Source of the DNA: a virus
Lineage: Duplodnaviria > Caudoviricetes
Reading direction: 5' to 3' (one strand)
DNA length: 64,000 bases
IMG/VR virus record: IMGVR_UViG_3300031555_003590
Coordinates: 228,120 to 292,119 of that record
The notes below the pieces were generated by a model that saw only the letters and a list, made by a program, of their open reading frames with translations, did not search any database and was not told where the DNA came from. A program made the translations under genes and the position numbers. Shown piece after piece: positions 7,869 to 18,682 of this stretch (positions are counted from its first letter, which is position 1; every line of letters begins with the position of its first letter).

Positions 7869-10468
7869 AAATCATATCATCTTCATCATACTCCATAAAA
7901 TCTTGTTGTTCCATAGATTTTAATCTTGGAACTGCATTAGCTTTTTCTTTACCAACAACATCAATATCTGAAGATAAACTTTGTAATGATAATACTTTAT
8001 TTAAATTAATATCATCAATTAATCTTAAACCATTATTTTTTGCAAATGGATGGGCTAGATAAGTATATTTAGCAAACTCAGCTTCTGCCATATCAATACG
8101 TCTTCTTTTAACTACATTAAATGTCATATATTTTTCATCACTACCAGGTTTATATTCACTATTTATTACTGCAATCCAATCTCCACCTTCTATAACATTC
8201 CCTTAGATATATTACTATATATCTTGGACTATATCATCAATTAAATTCTATTAATAGAATTTAATTGTTTCGCACTTCACATTACCATGTAAACATTCCA
8301 CTTTTACATACCTAAACATATTAGGAGTTACTCTACTGACTATTAGTATCATATTTCTCGAATACTATAGTTGGTCGATAGTCTCTGAACATTTTAAGTG
8401 ACTATTATTATTTTAAATTAGATTTTTCCATTTTCTTAAATAATCTTCTACGGAATAATCCAACATATTCTCGTTCATGTTCAGTATCTGGTAAACCTAC
8501 TAGTTGAACGATTTCTCGATCCTTATGCCCTTCAAATATTAATTTAGTTATATGATCTTTTAATTCTTGTGATCGTATACGATTTATTGGCTTTGGAATA
8601 TTATAGTTGATTGCAATATCTTTCCATAATCTTCCTTCTTTAATTCCTTGAATAACATGGTCTGTTACTCCAACTATATTAATTATTTCACTTTAGATCA
8701 TATAAATATTTATCCAATAAATCTAACTCAGCAATTTGTAATTCATGCACAGGTTTATCAAATAATTCTAATGATCTTTTATTACGTTCTTCTTGAAGAG
8801 ATTCTAATACTTTCTCTTCTAAATTAGTAAGTTTTTACTCATAACTTACACCTCCTTTCATATTATGATATATAATTATTTTACCAGATATAATTTTTAG
8901 TCACTTAACTTGCTGCGGATTGTCTTATATACTAAACGATTTTACCATCCATAATCCATTACGATTACTGCTACATATTATATTACTATAATACTGCGGT
9001 TGTTTAGTACTTCAAGAGTTTCCCGCAATTCACGAAATTTTAGATTCGCAGAACGTTATGTTTACGAATCACCAACATTTTCTCTTCCAACTAATTTATT
9101 AGTATCTCCTTTTCCTTGACGTGCAGCAGCATCAACAGTAGCAGCAGCCGATCTATTCATTTGATGAGCAGTAATAACTGGAATATCATTAATAACTGAT
9201 AATGCTTTAAGTTCATCTATTATTCTGCCTAGTTCTAGTCTAGGATTATCAACTATGGGAATTGATGGTTCAATGCGTTTAATATAATCGAATACTAATG
9301 CACACACTTCTAAATTTTCATCTTTAAGATCTTGAATAATAGTAAATAAATCATCAGTATTAATAGATCGATAAGGATAATATTGCATTACAATTTCAAT
9401 ATTAGTTTTTTCATTATCTTTATCTTCATTAATTAATGAACTTAAATCAGATTTATTATATTCATTAATATTTTCATTTTTTAATAAATCAATTCCTAAT
9501 TCTTTACATAATTTTTCAATTGCTTCTTCTTCAGAATAATTTACAATAGGCTCATCAAATGACATACTCCAAATACGTTCAATAGTTTCAGTAAATGTAT
9601 TTTCCATAGTAATATAAAGAACTGCAGGTTTCATACCAGGAGTTTTAGGTTTAAAGTCTGGATTATATTTTCTGATATCTAAAGCGGATTTTAAAAGTAT
9701 TAGACTTTTGCCGGAACCAGGTAGACCAAGATATATGTAAATTCTACCATTCATATATCCTGGAGACAAAAGTGTATTTAATCTTCTAATACCAGTTTTG
9801 AAAATATTATTTGATGATTTTAAAGAGTCTATTGTTTGACTTATGGATTCTTTAACAGAATCCATATCAGCTGTATTGAATTCTACTTTATTTGCAACCA
9901 TATTAGTACTATGCTTAATATCTAATAATGATTGTGATACTAAGAATAATCTATCTACTAATGTTCTAAATGCTCCAGGTTCATCTAAACTAATATCATC
10001 TAGTAGATTAATATATTCTTCTTTCATTGCAGTTACATATCCATATTGCAATGCTTCACTAATTAAATCAAATATCATCTTTGCTTCAATAGATGTGATA
10101 ATATTTGGATCATTCATACACGTTGTAATAATGTCACCTTTTATATTATCATAATCAGGTTGACGTTTAGCCATTTCTACAATTATTTCTGGATCAATCA
10201 CTCCTGATAACCATTGTTTTGAAATGTAATTTATACACCAAATGTATGATAACAATTCATGATTATTTTGATATTTCGTTGTATCAATATTTGAAAACAA
10301 TCTGTTTATATTTTTAACTGATTTGAATGTTCTAAAACCAGCATGTTCCATTGTAAGAATCTTAACAATAGATTTTAATATGGACTTTTTAAAGAATACT
10401 CCAATCTTACCAGTATTTATATCTTTGATTTTAGTTAATTCAGATTTTTTCTTATTTTGTTTTGCCAT
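7867..10468 (-). CDS. dnaB: DnaB-like replicative helicase in two exons (10468-9064 and 8201-7867)
   Basis: GLPGSGKS Walker A, YITMEN, FDYI, TAHQMNR; splicing restores VGRENVGDS-W-NVIEGGDWIAVIN in frame (T + GG = TGG). Confidence 0.9.
8202..9063 (-). ncRNA. Group I self-splicing intron (862 nt)
   Basis: Exon ends in U; P1 GAUUCGU pairs with GCGAAUC (U-G wobble); P AAUUGCGGGAAA, Q AAUCCGCAGC, R GUUCAGAGACUA, S GAUAUAGUCC; terminal G at 8202. Confidence 0.95.
8408..8842 (-). pseudogene. Remnant of an intron-encoded homing endonuclease (internal deletion/frameshift)
   Basis: RBS GAAAGGAGG, about 50 codons then TGA; a second frame gives VIQGIKEGRLWKDI HTH-like C-terminus; no catalytic motif. 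Confidence 0.6.
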
Positions 10469-10542
10469 TTATGTTACTCTCCTTCACACCAACTAATAAT
10501 CTTGTAATTAAAATCTTTTTAGAAAAGAGGTTAGAATGAGTT

Positions 10543-13500
10543 ATGAAAGATATTAAATCTTTATATCTCACTGCTAAATCCAGTGGGAGAAAAGCAGATA
10601 TTACTGCTTACACTGAAGCCATTCAGGATTTAATTGAAAATAATCCTATTGGTTATATGACACAATTAGAATATATCATTCAATCTGATATTGGATTAAA
10701 AACAGTAAAACTATTTATTGAAAAGAATGGATTTCCAATTGCATGCTATGATCAAATGATTGATACTCTAAATGAGTGTATTCGTAAATGTGAAGTATAT
10801 AATAAAGATAATTCTTTATATACTGAAATGATTGAATACTTTGAATCATTTAGAAAAAATCATATTCATTGTTTTATGATGTTTGAAAATTATAATTTAG
10901 AATTAGATAAAGATAATTATATTAAAACTTATTATGGAAAGACAGATGGCACTCATCAAAATCGTAAAATTATTTCTGGTATGATTAAAACATTTGGTGA
11001 AGCTGCTATTCCGGATGCATTAATTACTGCAAAATCAATTAATGAAGATGCAGTACATACGGTATTAGAATTTATTTCTAATAATTATAATGAAAATAAT
11101 AATGTAATCTATGAATGGATGCTCACAGCTTGTAAAGATATTTCATATGGAGAAAAATCTAATAATATTATTAATCATATGACAGAAAATTGTTTATCTA
11201 CTATTGTAAAAAATGTTAAAAATAGGGAGCATCAATTATATCGTGAAGCAGTAATCATGGATCGAAATGATTTAATGATGGAATATTCTGAAGATGAAAT
11301 TAATGCTATTCAAGAAATGATTTCATTTAAAGAATATCAAATGACTTGGATGGATGAATTAAATGAATCATCTAATAATTTACAATCTGATATTTATGAT
11401 CTATATGAAATGTTAGATGGTGTTATTGAAGAAGATGTAGCTAATAGTGTTATACCAATGCTACCTAGTATTCATAATACAAAATTTGTTAAAGAAGCTA
11501 TGTGGATGGTAAATACTAGAAATAAGAAGACTGGTGAAATTCCTAGATATATTTCTGCTAATCATGATCTTGATTATGGTGAAGAAGATTCTAATAAAAA
11601 GAAAAATGATGATAAAGAACCTACATTAGATGATTATCGGCGTCCTTCTGCTTCTAATAATGATGATGAAAAACCTGCATCACCATTATTCCCATCTGCA
11701 TATAATAATTCCGATGACAAACCTGAAGTAAGTAAATCTAATGATACTGGATTATCCGATCATGATAAGGCTGTCATTAATAATTACTATTATAATTATA
11801 CGAATTCTATGAATAAAAATCATAATATAAATTCTTATAATAAAAATAGTAGTCTTAGTGATGATCATCATACAGATAATTCAAAAGTAACTCATATTAA
11901 TAGTCATAATAAAAACAATGGATACAGTTTAATTCCTGATGAAAAAGTTGAAGAAGAATCTACTGAAGAAAATGTAAATGATGAATTAATTAAAGAAGAA
12001 TCTTCTAAACCTTGGGAATTAAATATTTTTGATTCTAATAATCAGATATTTGAGGAGGGCCTTAAAGATTTTTTTAAGAAAGTCGCCAATAAAGTTAGAG
12101 GATTTATTGGCGTCAAAAAATCATTAGCCAATTTACAGAATATGGGAACTCCTGCAAATATTACAAAAAATATTCCAATGACTGTTATTGGTACTAATAT
12201 TCCTCTTAATCTAAATAATACTAAAACAGAATCAGTTGAAGAGAATGATGATTTAATTGAAGAATCAATTAAGCCTATTAAGACTATTAAATCAATTAAA
12301 TCATTTTTTAAAGGTCCTTTAAGTGAAAAGGATATCATTCATACAATTGAAAAATTAAGATCTAAATTTAATGCTGATATTATTTTTGTAAATCCATATG
12401 GAGATAATCAATTGATTATTCAACAGATTGGTCCTGCTTCTTGTGTTAGAACTGATAGATCTATTATCAAGAAACTACAAGCTGGAGAATCAATTGATAG
12501 ATTTACTAGTGATTTATATGGTGATAGTGGTGAATTCCAAACTGTTATTTTAGTCAATTCATCCATTTTGGAATCTTATCAGATTAAAAATAAAGATGAT
12601 CTTGAATTGATTATTTCTCATGAACATGGTCATGCTTTAACATATGATCAATTATCACTCAATGATTGGTTAGAATATTCTATTAAACGTCAAGTAATAA
12701 CTTCATTAGTTTCAGAAATCTATAGTATGTTCGATCAGCAAGCTATTGCTGAAGCTAACTTTGCATATTATAAATTAAAACCAGAAAGACTAGCTAATGA
12801 AGCTGCTCATATTGATCCTATGAAATTAGCAAAAGCAGTATTTAAAACTAAACCTACTGGTCATTTAGATAAAATCGATCTTAATATTATTTTGAATTGG
12901 AGTGTTCCTCCTGTAATTATGCAAATGACTGAAAAGGCCGCTAAAGGAAATACTAATTTTACAAATGCTGAAATGATTGCTAATCTAACATTAAGCTTAG
13001 ATCTCTATAAGAAGTGTATTAAAGATCAAGAGTATCTAAAGAAAACTACAGAAATAATGGAAACAAGTATTAATATTTATAAGACTAGAGGAGAGACAAC
13101 TTTTGCTGAAGCTGTTGGGGATGCCGATGATAATAAACCTAAATCAGATCATCCTGTTAAAGATATCTTAACTGATATTGATCGTAAGACCACTAAAAAA
13201 CAGCAAGAGACAAAAAGAAAAGTTCAGAATATTCAAAATGTTGGTAGAGCTGCAATGAAACCAATTAATAGAACTAAAGGTTGGCTAACTAAAATGTTAG
13301 TTGACTGGAAAGATGCAGATGAAAATAAAATTAAAGAAAGAATGACTGATCCCAATGTTCGTAATAATTTATTTGCAGCTATTAAAGAATTTATTGTTGC
13401 TGGATCATTATTTAAAGCTGGTATTTTACTAAATCCTGTTTTCTTATTCTTATCACTTGCTAGAGGATATGGTAAAAATAAACAACAGTTCCGTCTTAGA

Positions 13501-13674
13501 AATGAGATAATTGGTGAGCTTAAAACTGAAATGGAAGTCATTGATGAGAAAATTAGAGATGCTGATTATAAAGGTGATAAATCTGAGAAATATAAGCTCA
13601 TGAGATTTAAGAACGAATTAAATAAGAAGCTAATTCGTGTTGGTGGAACTAGAGCTATGAAAAAGATGATCTAA
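10543..13674 (+). CDS. Large probable head/virion protein with an inserted HExxH domain
   Basis: Upstream of capsid gene; many x-E-S/A motifs; IISHEHGHALT...PERLANEAA; Asn-rich linker. Confidence 0.6.
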   Translation: MKDIKSLYLTAKSSGRKADITAYTEAIQDLIENNPIGYMTQLEYIIQSDIGLKTVKLFIEKNGFPIACYDQMIDTLNECIRKCEVYNKDNSLYTEMIEYFESFRKNHIHCFMMFENYNLELDKDNYIKTYYGKTDGTHQNRKIISGMIKTFGEAAIPDALITAKSINEDAVHTVLEFISNNYNENNNVIYEWMLTACKDISYGEKSNNIINHMTENCLSTIVKNVKNREHQLYREAVIMDRNDLMMEYSEDEINAIQEMISFKEYQMTWMDELNESSNNLQSDIYDLYEMLDGVIEEDVANSVIPMLPSIHNTKFVKEAMWMVNTRNKKTGEIPRYISANHDLDYGEEDSNKKKNDDKEPTLDDYRRPSASNNDDEKPASPLFPSAYNNSDDKPEVSKSNDTGLSDHDKAVINNYYYNYTNSMNKNHNINSYNKNSSLSDDHHTDNSKVTHINSHNKNNGYSLIPDEKVEEESTEENVNDELIKEESSKPWELNIFDSNNQIFEEGLKDFFKKVANKVRGFIGVKKSLANLQNMGTPANITKNIPMTVIGTNIPLNLNNTKTESVEENDDLIEESIKPIKTIKSIKSFFKGPLSEKDIIHTIEKLRSKFNADIIFVNPYGDNQLIIQQIGPASCVRTDRSIIKKLQAGESIDRFTSDLYGDSGEFQTVILVNSSILESYQIKNKDDLELIISHEHGHALTYDQLSLNDWLEYSIKRQVITSLVSEIYSMFDQQAIAEANFAYYKLKPERLANEAAHIDPMKLAKAVFKTKPTGHLDKIDLNIILNWSVPPVIMQMTEKAAKGNTNFTNAEMIANLTLSLDLYKKCIKDQEYLKKTTEIMETSINIYKTRGETTFAEAVGDADDNKPKSDHPVKDILTDIDRKTTKKQQETKRKVQNIQNVGRAAMKPINRTKGWLTKMLVDWKDADENKIKERMTDPNVRNNLFAAIKEFIVAGSLFKAGILLNPVFLFLSLARGYGKNKQQFRLRNEIIGELKTEMEVIDEKIRDADYKGDKSEKYKLMRFKNELNKKLIRVGGTRAMKKMI

Positions 13675-13714
13675 AGCTTCTTTAGTTCAATGGAAAGGAG
13701 GCATCTATTAGTGG

Positions 13715-14317
13715 ATGATGAATAAACCAAATATATTTGAACAATTTTTATTTGAAGCACCAGGGGATGAAGTTCCACCAGATATGGTTAATAACCAACC
13801 TGAAGTTCCAGTTGGTGCAGAAAATGATAATGGGCCCCCTGATCTTCCAGAAAATCTTGGAACTGATACAGATAGTGATCAAACAACTGACGATGGACCT
13901 CCAGATATGCCTGAAGAATTTGGTGAAGATGAATTTGGTATGGAAGATGATATGGGAACTGATGGAGCTGAAAATCCAGATGATCCAATGCAAAATCTAG
14001 GACTAGATGATAAGATATCTGCAATCATGAATATGAATCTATATCAACGATATCTTGCACTTCTAAATACTATCGGTGGTCAACTTACTATGATAAAAAA
14101 TAATAGTGATATGTTATATACACTATCTGCAGAATCATTAGAGATTATAGAATCTCTGAAAAAATTAGATGAAAATATTCGTCTATATATTAAAAATTCT
14201 TTTCTTAATGAGAACTACAGTAAAAACCTACTATTCTTTAATAAGTGCTTGAATTTACTGAAGTTGCTTAATGATGTTTTTGATAGTGAAATTAAGAAAG
14301 GACTTAAAGCAATATAG
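13715..14317 (+). CDS. Acidic head-associated (scaffold/core-like) protein
   Basis: FLFEA then Asp/Glu/Pro-rich segment and helical C-terminus; directly upstream of capsid gene. Confidence 0.55.
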   Translation: MMNKPNIFEQFLFEAPGDEVPPDMVNNQPEVPVGAENDNGPPDLPENLGTDTDSDQTTDDGPPDMPEEFGEDEFGMEDDMGTDGAENPDDPMQNLGLDDKISAIMNMNLYQRYLALLNTIGGQLTMIKNNSDMLYTLSAESLEIIESLKKLDENIRLYIKNSFLNENYSKNLLFFNKCLNLLKLLNDVFDSEIKKGLKAI

Positions 14318-14318
14318 T

Positions 14319-14330
14319 AACCATCAAGTA
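14319..14330 (+). promoter_or_regulatory. Putative late promoter AACC-N6-TA
   Basis: Recurrent motif upstream of structural genes. Confidence 0.55.
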
Positions 14331-14395
14331 AATCTACAAATACTATTTATCAAATGTAGAAATTAAAAATTATAAAGTAAAGGAGATATGCTACT

Positions 14396-16246
14396 ATGGC
14401 TAGAAACAATGTTAGCTGGTTCTATGAGTCAGCCAGCGAACGCAAAAACACTGGGTATCAGCCCCAAAGAAGTTCTTTTGGAGTCTATCGTGAGGATAAT
14501 ACTAAGAGCTTTGATGAACGGTTTAATGATCTTTATGAGTCTTATAAGGAATTACATGGTATTGACATTAAACGTGATATGAAAGCTATGATGGGTGACC
14601 GTTCTTTCATGGAGCAGTATAAGGCTGACCTGATGGAGCCTGTATTTGAAGCTTTCCGTGAAATGTCTCCTAATGATCCTCATATCCAGGGTGTAATTGA
14701 TAATGTCAATACTTTCTGGGATACTAAGGTTAAATCTTATACTGAGTCTGCTTCTCTTGCTGGATTCCTTCCTATTGCAACTCTTGAATTCCCTGTTCTT
14801 GTTAAGCAGTTCTTTAGCTCTATCCTTAAAGATATTATTGAGGTAGAGGCTGTTAAAACTCCTAATATCACCAAGCATATTCGTACTACCTATATGGTAG
14901 ATAATCAGACTGGTGATGAATATGAGTATCCTAAGTGTCTATTTGATGGTACTTGGGAGAAACTCTGGAATGCTTCTAAGGGTCATAAGATCCGTGAGCA
15001 GGTAGTTGATTTCACTGATGGTCGTCTTTGGAAATATGATATCATTGGCGGTCTCACTGATGGTACTCCTGGTGTTGATAAACTTTCCTTCCAGTTTAAG
15101 ATTATTGGCGTTAAGGTTGGTGCTGAGGTTATTCGTCTACCTGGCAATGGTATCACTGTTGAGTTCTCCACCAATGGCACTCTTGTAAATGGTGATCTTA
15201 ATTTCACCACTGAGCAGGGTACTGTAGTTGAGGATACTCTTTCTGGTCAGGTTGACTTTAAGAATGGTACTATCTCCATGTCTTCTGCTTCTGGCCAGGT
15301 TGAGGGTGTTGTATTCTCTGGTTATCTCTCTAATGAGAAGAACCTTCGTAGTATTTCCGTTCGTGAGAAGCGCGACATTCTTCGTTTCGTAATCGAAGAT
15401 GGTGCTCGTTGGAATATGCCTTTCTCTATTGAAGAGATTGAAGATGCTGCTGCTCTACTTGATATGAACTACTACAACCGCATGGTTGATGAAATTGTTC
15501 GTACTCAGGAAATGCAGGAGTGTATGACTGTTATTAAGTTCCTGAATGATGAGTTTGCTAAGTATAATGGTATCCAGACTGATATTTATAAGCTCGAGTC
15601 TACTGCTCAGACTTATACTGTTGATCTTAATCCTCCTGCTTACTTTGCTGGTGACCCCTTCAAGTATGTAAGCACTGCTATTCAGTTCCGTCTGAAGAGT
15701 ATTGTTCATCAGATCCTTGAGCTCACTAAGTTGGAAGATCTGTCCTTCGTAATCGTTGGTAACCCAATGGCTACTCAGCTAATTTCTGAGTTTGTTAATT
15801 GGAAGGCACAGAATGGTGCTAGCATTGGTGGTATTTCTGTAAACAACTCTTATGGTTTTGCTACTGATCTTGGTGCAAATGTTCGTGTTGTTGCTACTAA
15901 CCTTTATGATGCTTACACTGTTGATCCAATGGATGCTACTGGTGTACGTGAGCTTATTCTCCATATTTATGGATATCCTACTTCTGCTGAGCATATTTCT
16001 TATCGTCATCTGAAGTATACTTCTCATCTACTCACTAGCCAGTCTCAGACTGCTTATCAGTCTACTACTGCTCCTGGTGGTGCTTACAACATCGTAACTG
16101 CCACTAGCCGTTTCCATACTATGGCAGTTCAGGGTATTCAGGCTAACCTTATTATGCTTAATTCTAATCGTGTATACGGTGATGCTCCTGTTCGTCCTCC
16201 TGTAACTGGTGCTCCTTGGTCTACTCCTGTATTCCCTGAGCCCTAA
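14396..16246 (+). CDS. Probable major capsid protein
   Basis: 616 aa, strongly high-expression codon bias, propeptide-like N-terminus (WFYESA...SYTESA), position among head genes before terminase. Confidence 0.7.
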   Translation: MARNNVSWFYESASERKNTGYQPQRSSFGVYREDNTKSFDERFNDLYESYKELHGIDIKRDMKAMMGDRSFMEQYKADLMEPVFEAFREMSPNDPHIQGVIDNVNTFWDTKVKSYTESASLAGFLPIATLEFPVLVKQFFSSILKDIIEVEAVKTPNITKHIRTTYMVDNQTGDEYEYPKCLFDGTWEKLWNASKGHKIREQVVDFTDGRLWKYDIIGGLTDGTPGVDKLSFQFKIIGVKVGAEVIRLPGNGITVEFSTNGTLVNGDLNFTTEQGTVVEDTLSGQVDFKNGTISMSSASGQVEGVVFSGYLSNEKNLRSISVREKRDILRFVIEDGARWNMPFSIEEIEDAAALLDMNYYNRMVDEIVRTQEMQECMTVIKFLNDEFAKYNGIQTDIYKLESTAQTYTVDLNPPAYFAGDPFKYVSTAIQFRLKSIVHQILELTKLEDLSFVIVGNPMATQLISEFVNWKAQNGASIGGISVNNSYGFATDLGANVRVVATNLYDAYTVDPMDATGVRELILHIYGYPTSAEHISYRHLKYTSHLLTSQSQTAYQSTTAPGGAYNIVTATSRFHTMAVQGIQANLIMLNSNRVYGDAPVRPPVTGAPWSTPVFPEP

Positions 16247-16335
16247 TAATTAATTAATATTTTATAATCCATCTTGTAGCAGCATTGGATATATAAATGT
16301 ATCCTATGTATCCAATGTCTTATTATGAAATCTAT

Positions 16336-16380
16336 ATGGATAATAGTAGCTGGGTATAATACCCAGCTACTATTATCCAT
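16336..16380. terminator. Terminator after the capsid gene
   Basis: ATGGATAATAGTAGCTGGGTA-taa-TACCCAGCTACTATTATCCAT. Confidence 0.8.
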
Positions 16381-16443
16381 TTTTGATGACTAGTTAATAA
16401 CGTGTATTGATAAATTATTATTCGAATGGAGATGAAATAGATT

Positions 16444-18222
16444 ATGGCTAAAAATAAATCTTTAGTTAGAGATGGATTCTTAGGTGATTTACCTGAAGAG
16501 CTTCGTCTTAAAATTATGAATATTCATAAGATGGTAGTAACTACTTGTGATGAAGTATGGAAAGATTCTGCTTATGATCCTATTCGTGAACAAGAATGGG
16601 CTAAAACTGCTATTGAAGAATTTTGTACTGAACCTACTGACAATAGTCAAATCGGTTCAGTAAGAGTATATCAACAAGGAAAACGTTATAGTTGTATGAT
16701 TCAGCTTACTGGTCATTTTATGAATCATCGTAATGATATCGATCATGAATTATTACATGATTTCATTCGTCATGTTCATTATGATATGAAAACTAAAGTA
16801 CGTAAACAATATGACATGAGACTAACTTGTGAAAGTGAACATGGTGAACCATTTGAAGGTTTTGATGTATGGCCATCTTCTAAAGTTGCTAAAGTAGTTT
16901 GGGAATTATTTGAAGATAAGAAAACAAAACCAATCAAACCTATGAAAGAAAGTATTAATAATGATAATCAAATCATATTTGATCCTTTCATGGAAGCTAA
17001 TAATGAAAAGCCTGAATATAATACTGATATGAGTGAAGCAGAAGCTAAACGTACTCTTAGAGCTTTATCTCAGGATATTATTACTTCTATTAAAGAAGAT
17101 GAAAATTATAAAGTAACTCAATATAAAGCAAATACATATGCTAATATTATTACTAAGAATTTACTTCCATTATGGAGTAATGGCTTCCGTAAAGTAACTA
17201 TTACTTTAGATTCTTATCAATCTTTTAATACTTTTGAATTTAAAATTCCTAAGATGACTCAAGATTTTGTATATCGTTTTATTAATGGTAGAGAAACTAT
17301 TAATGGACTAATTCATCGTACTCCTGAAATTAATATTAAAATGTCTCCTAGAATTTTCCATACCATGAATAATCCTGATGATGCTTTCAATTTCTTTAGA
17401 GCTGCTATTAAATATTATAATTCTGGATTAGAAAAATATAGTCATAAATTAATGGCCGAAACTATGAGATTAAATAAAGAAATGAAACATCTAATTTCTA
17501 CTACTAAACTCAGCGGTGTTGTAACTTTACCTATGCAACTATTATTTGTTTTTGATGATGTTAAGATGGATAACAAAGATACATTTAAAATTTCTACATC
17601 TGATATCAAAACAGTAAATCAATTCATTAGAAATATTTATACACGATATGCTGCTCCTGAAAAAGAAAAGAAACAAATTGTAGATGATGTAAATGAAATG
17701 ATTAAAGAATTAAGAGAAGCTTGTGATATTACTGATGAAAATATTCGTGAACTTTCATATTTACCTGAAGCAGTTGATAAATATTTAAATAATGGCTTTG
17801 ATAATGAAATTAATCAGTTTAATGAAAGATGGATGATGGAACAGTTTGATATGGATTGGATTCATAAACAAAAGAATCCTGAAATAAAATATTTACAAGA
17901 AAAATTTGGAGTAAAGAAACTCAAGAAAATTCCATCTGATCTTGTAGCATATATTACTATTGAAACTGAAGCTATTAGAGATGCTAATGATAAAATGATG
18001 ATTGCTTCATATACTATTGGTAAAATAGAAATTGTAGAATGGTATCTCGAATTATTAACTGTTGGAAGTAAAAAATATATTGTTCCTCATACTAAGCCTT
18101 ATTTAGAAACATTAAGAACTCAACTTCTTCAATGTTTAGATAATATTATGAAAGTTAAAATTGTTAATCCTACTACCCGTCCAATTATTGATATTCAGTA
18201 TCCTAAGGGTTATGAAGGTTAA
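16444..18222 (+). CDS. Probable head/virion protein
   Basis: Long ORF with PMKES, PFMEA, YLQE motifs; head-gene neighbourhood. Confidence 0.6.
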   Translation: MAKNKSLVRDGFLGDLPEELRLKIMNIHKMVVTTCDEVWKDSAYDPIREQEWAKTAIEEFCTEPTDNSQIGSVRVYQQGKRYSCMIQLTGHFMNHRNDIDHELLHDFIRHVHYDMKTKVRKQYDMRLTCESEHGEPFEGFDVWPSSKVAKVVWELFEDKKTKPIKPMKESINNDNQIIFDPFMEANNEKPEYNTDMSEAEAKRTLRALSQDIITSIKEDENYKVTQYKANTYANIITKNLLPLWSNGFRKVTITLDSYQSFNTFEFKIPKMTQDFVYRFINGRETINGLIHRTPEINIKMSPRIFHTMNNPDDAFNFFRAAIKYYNSGLEKYSHKLMAETMRLNKEMKHLISTTKLSGVVTLPMQLLFVFDDVKMDNKDTFKISTSDIKTVNQFIRNIYTRYAAPEKEKKQIVDDVNEMIKELREACDITDENIRELSYLPEAVDKYLNNGFDNEINQFNERWMMEQFDMDWIHKQKNPEIKYLQEKFGVKKLKKIPSDLVAYITIETEAIRDANDKMMIASYTIGKIEIVEWYLELLTVGSKKYIVPHTKPYLETLRTQLLQCLDNIMKVKIVNPTTRPIIDIQYPKGYEG

Positions 18223-18231
18223 ATGAATAAA

Positions 18232-18265
18232 AAATAACAGGAGGGATATAATCCCTCCTGTTATT
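18232..18265. terminator. Bidirectional terminator
   Basis: AAATAACAGGAGGGAT-ata-ATCCCTCCTGTTATTT between convergent genes. Confidence 0.85.
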
Positions 18266-18682
18266 TCATTCTATATATTCGTAAACATAGCCATCATCAC
18301 CAGTGTAATATACATGTCTAATACCGAGATCTTTTATTAGTTTCATACATGAATTACATGGTTTAGCCATACCAAATGGACGATCTTTAAGTTTACGATA
18401 AATATAAACTGATACTTTTCTCCAATCTATATCAAGATCAATAATATGACGAATAGCATCAGTTTCTGCATGAAGTTTATGAGGACTCCAATCAGGAATT
18501 TGTCTAGCTTCATTATAAGTTTTTTGAAGTGGATGAGTTTGATCTTTATTGCATCCAGTAGAAATAATCTTATTATGGTATACAATCACACAGCCAACTT
18601 TTTGTCTTTTATATGTAGCTAAATTAGCCATATGTGCTGCTGCATTAAAGAACCTTTTATCTCGACGAGTTATCATATTCAT
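18266..18682 (-). CDS. Cytidine/deoxycytidylate deaminase family protein
   Basis: KVGCVIV, LHAETDAI, KPCNSC zinc motifs. Confidence 0.85.
   Translation of the reverse strand: MNMITRRDKRFFNAAAHMANLATYKRQKVGCVIVYHNKIISTGCNKDQTHPLQKTYNEARQIPDWSPHKLHAETDAIRHIIDLDIDWRKVSVYIYRKLKDRPFGMAKPCNSCMKLIKDLGIRHVYYTGDDGYVYEYIE

Noticed and set aside
9062-10468. Truncated helicase pseudogene
   Set aside because: The apparent stop is the start of a group I intron, and splicing restores the frame.
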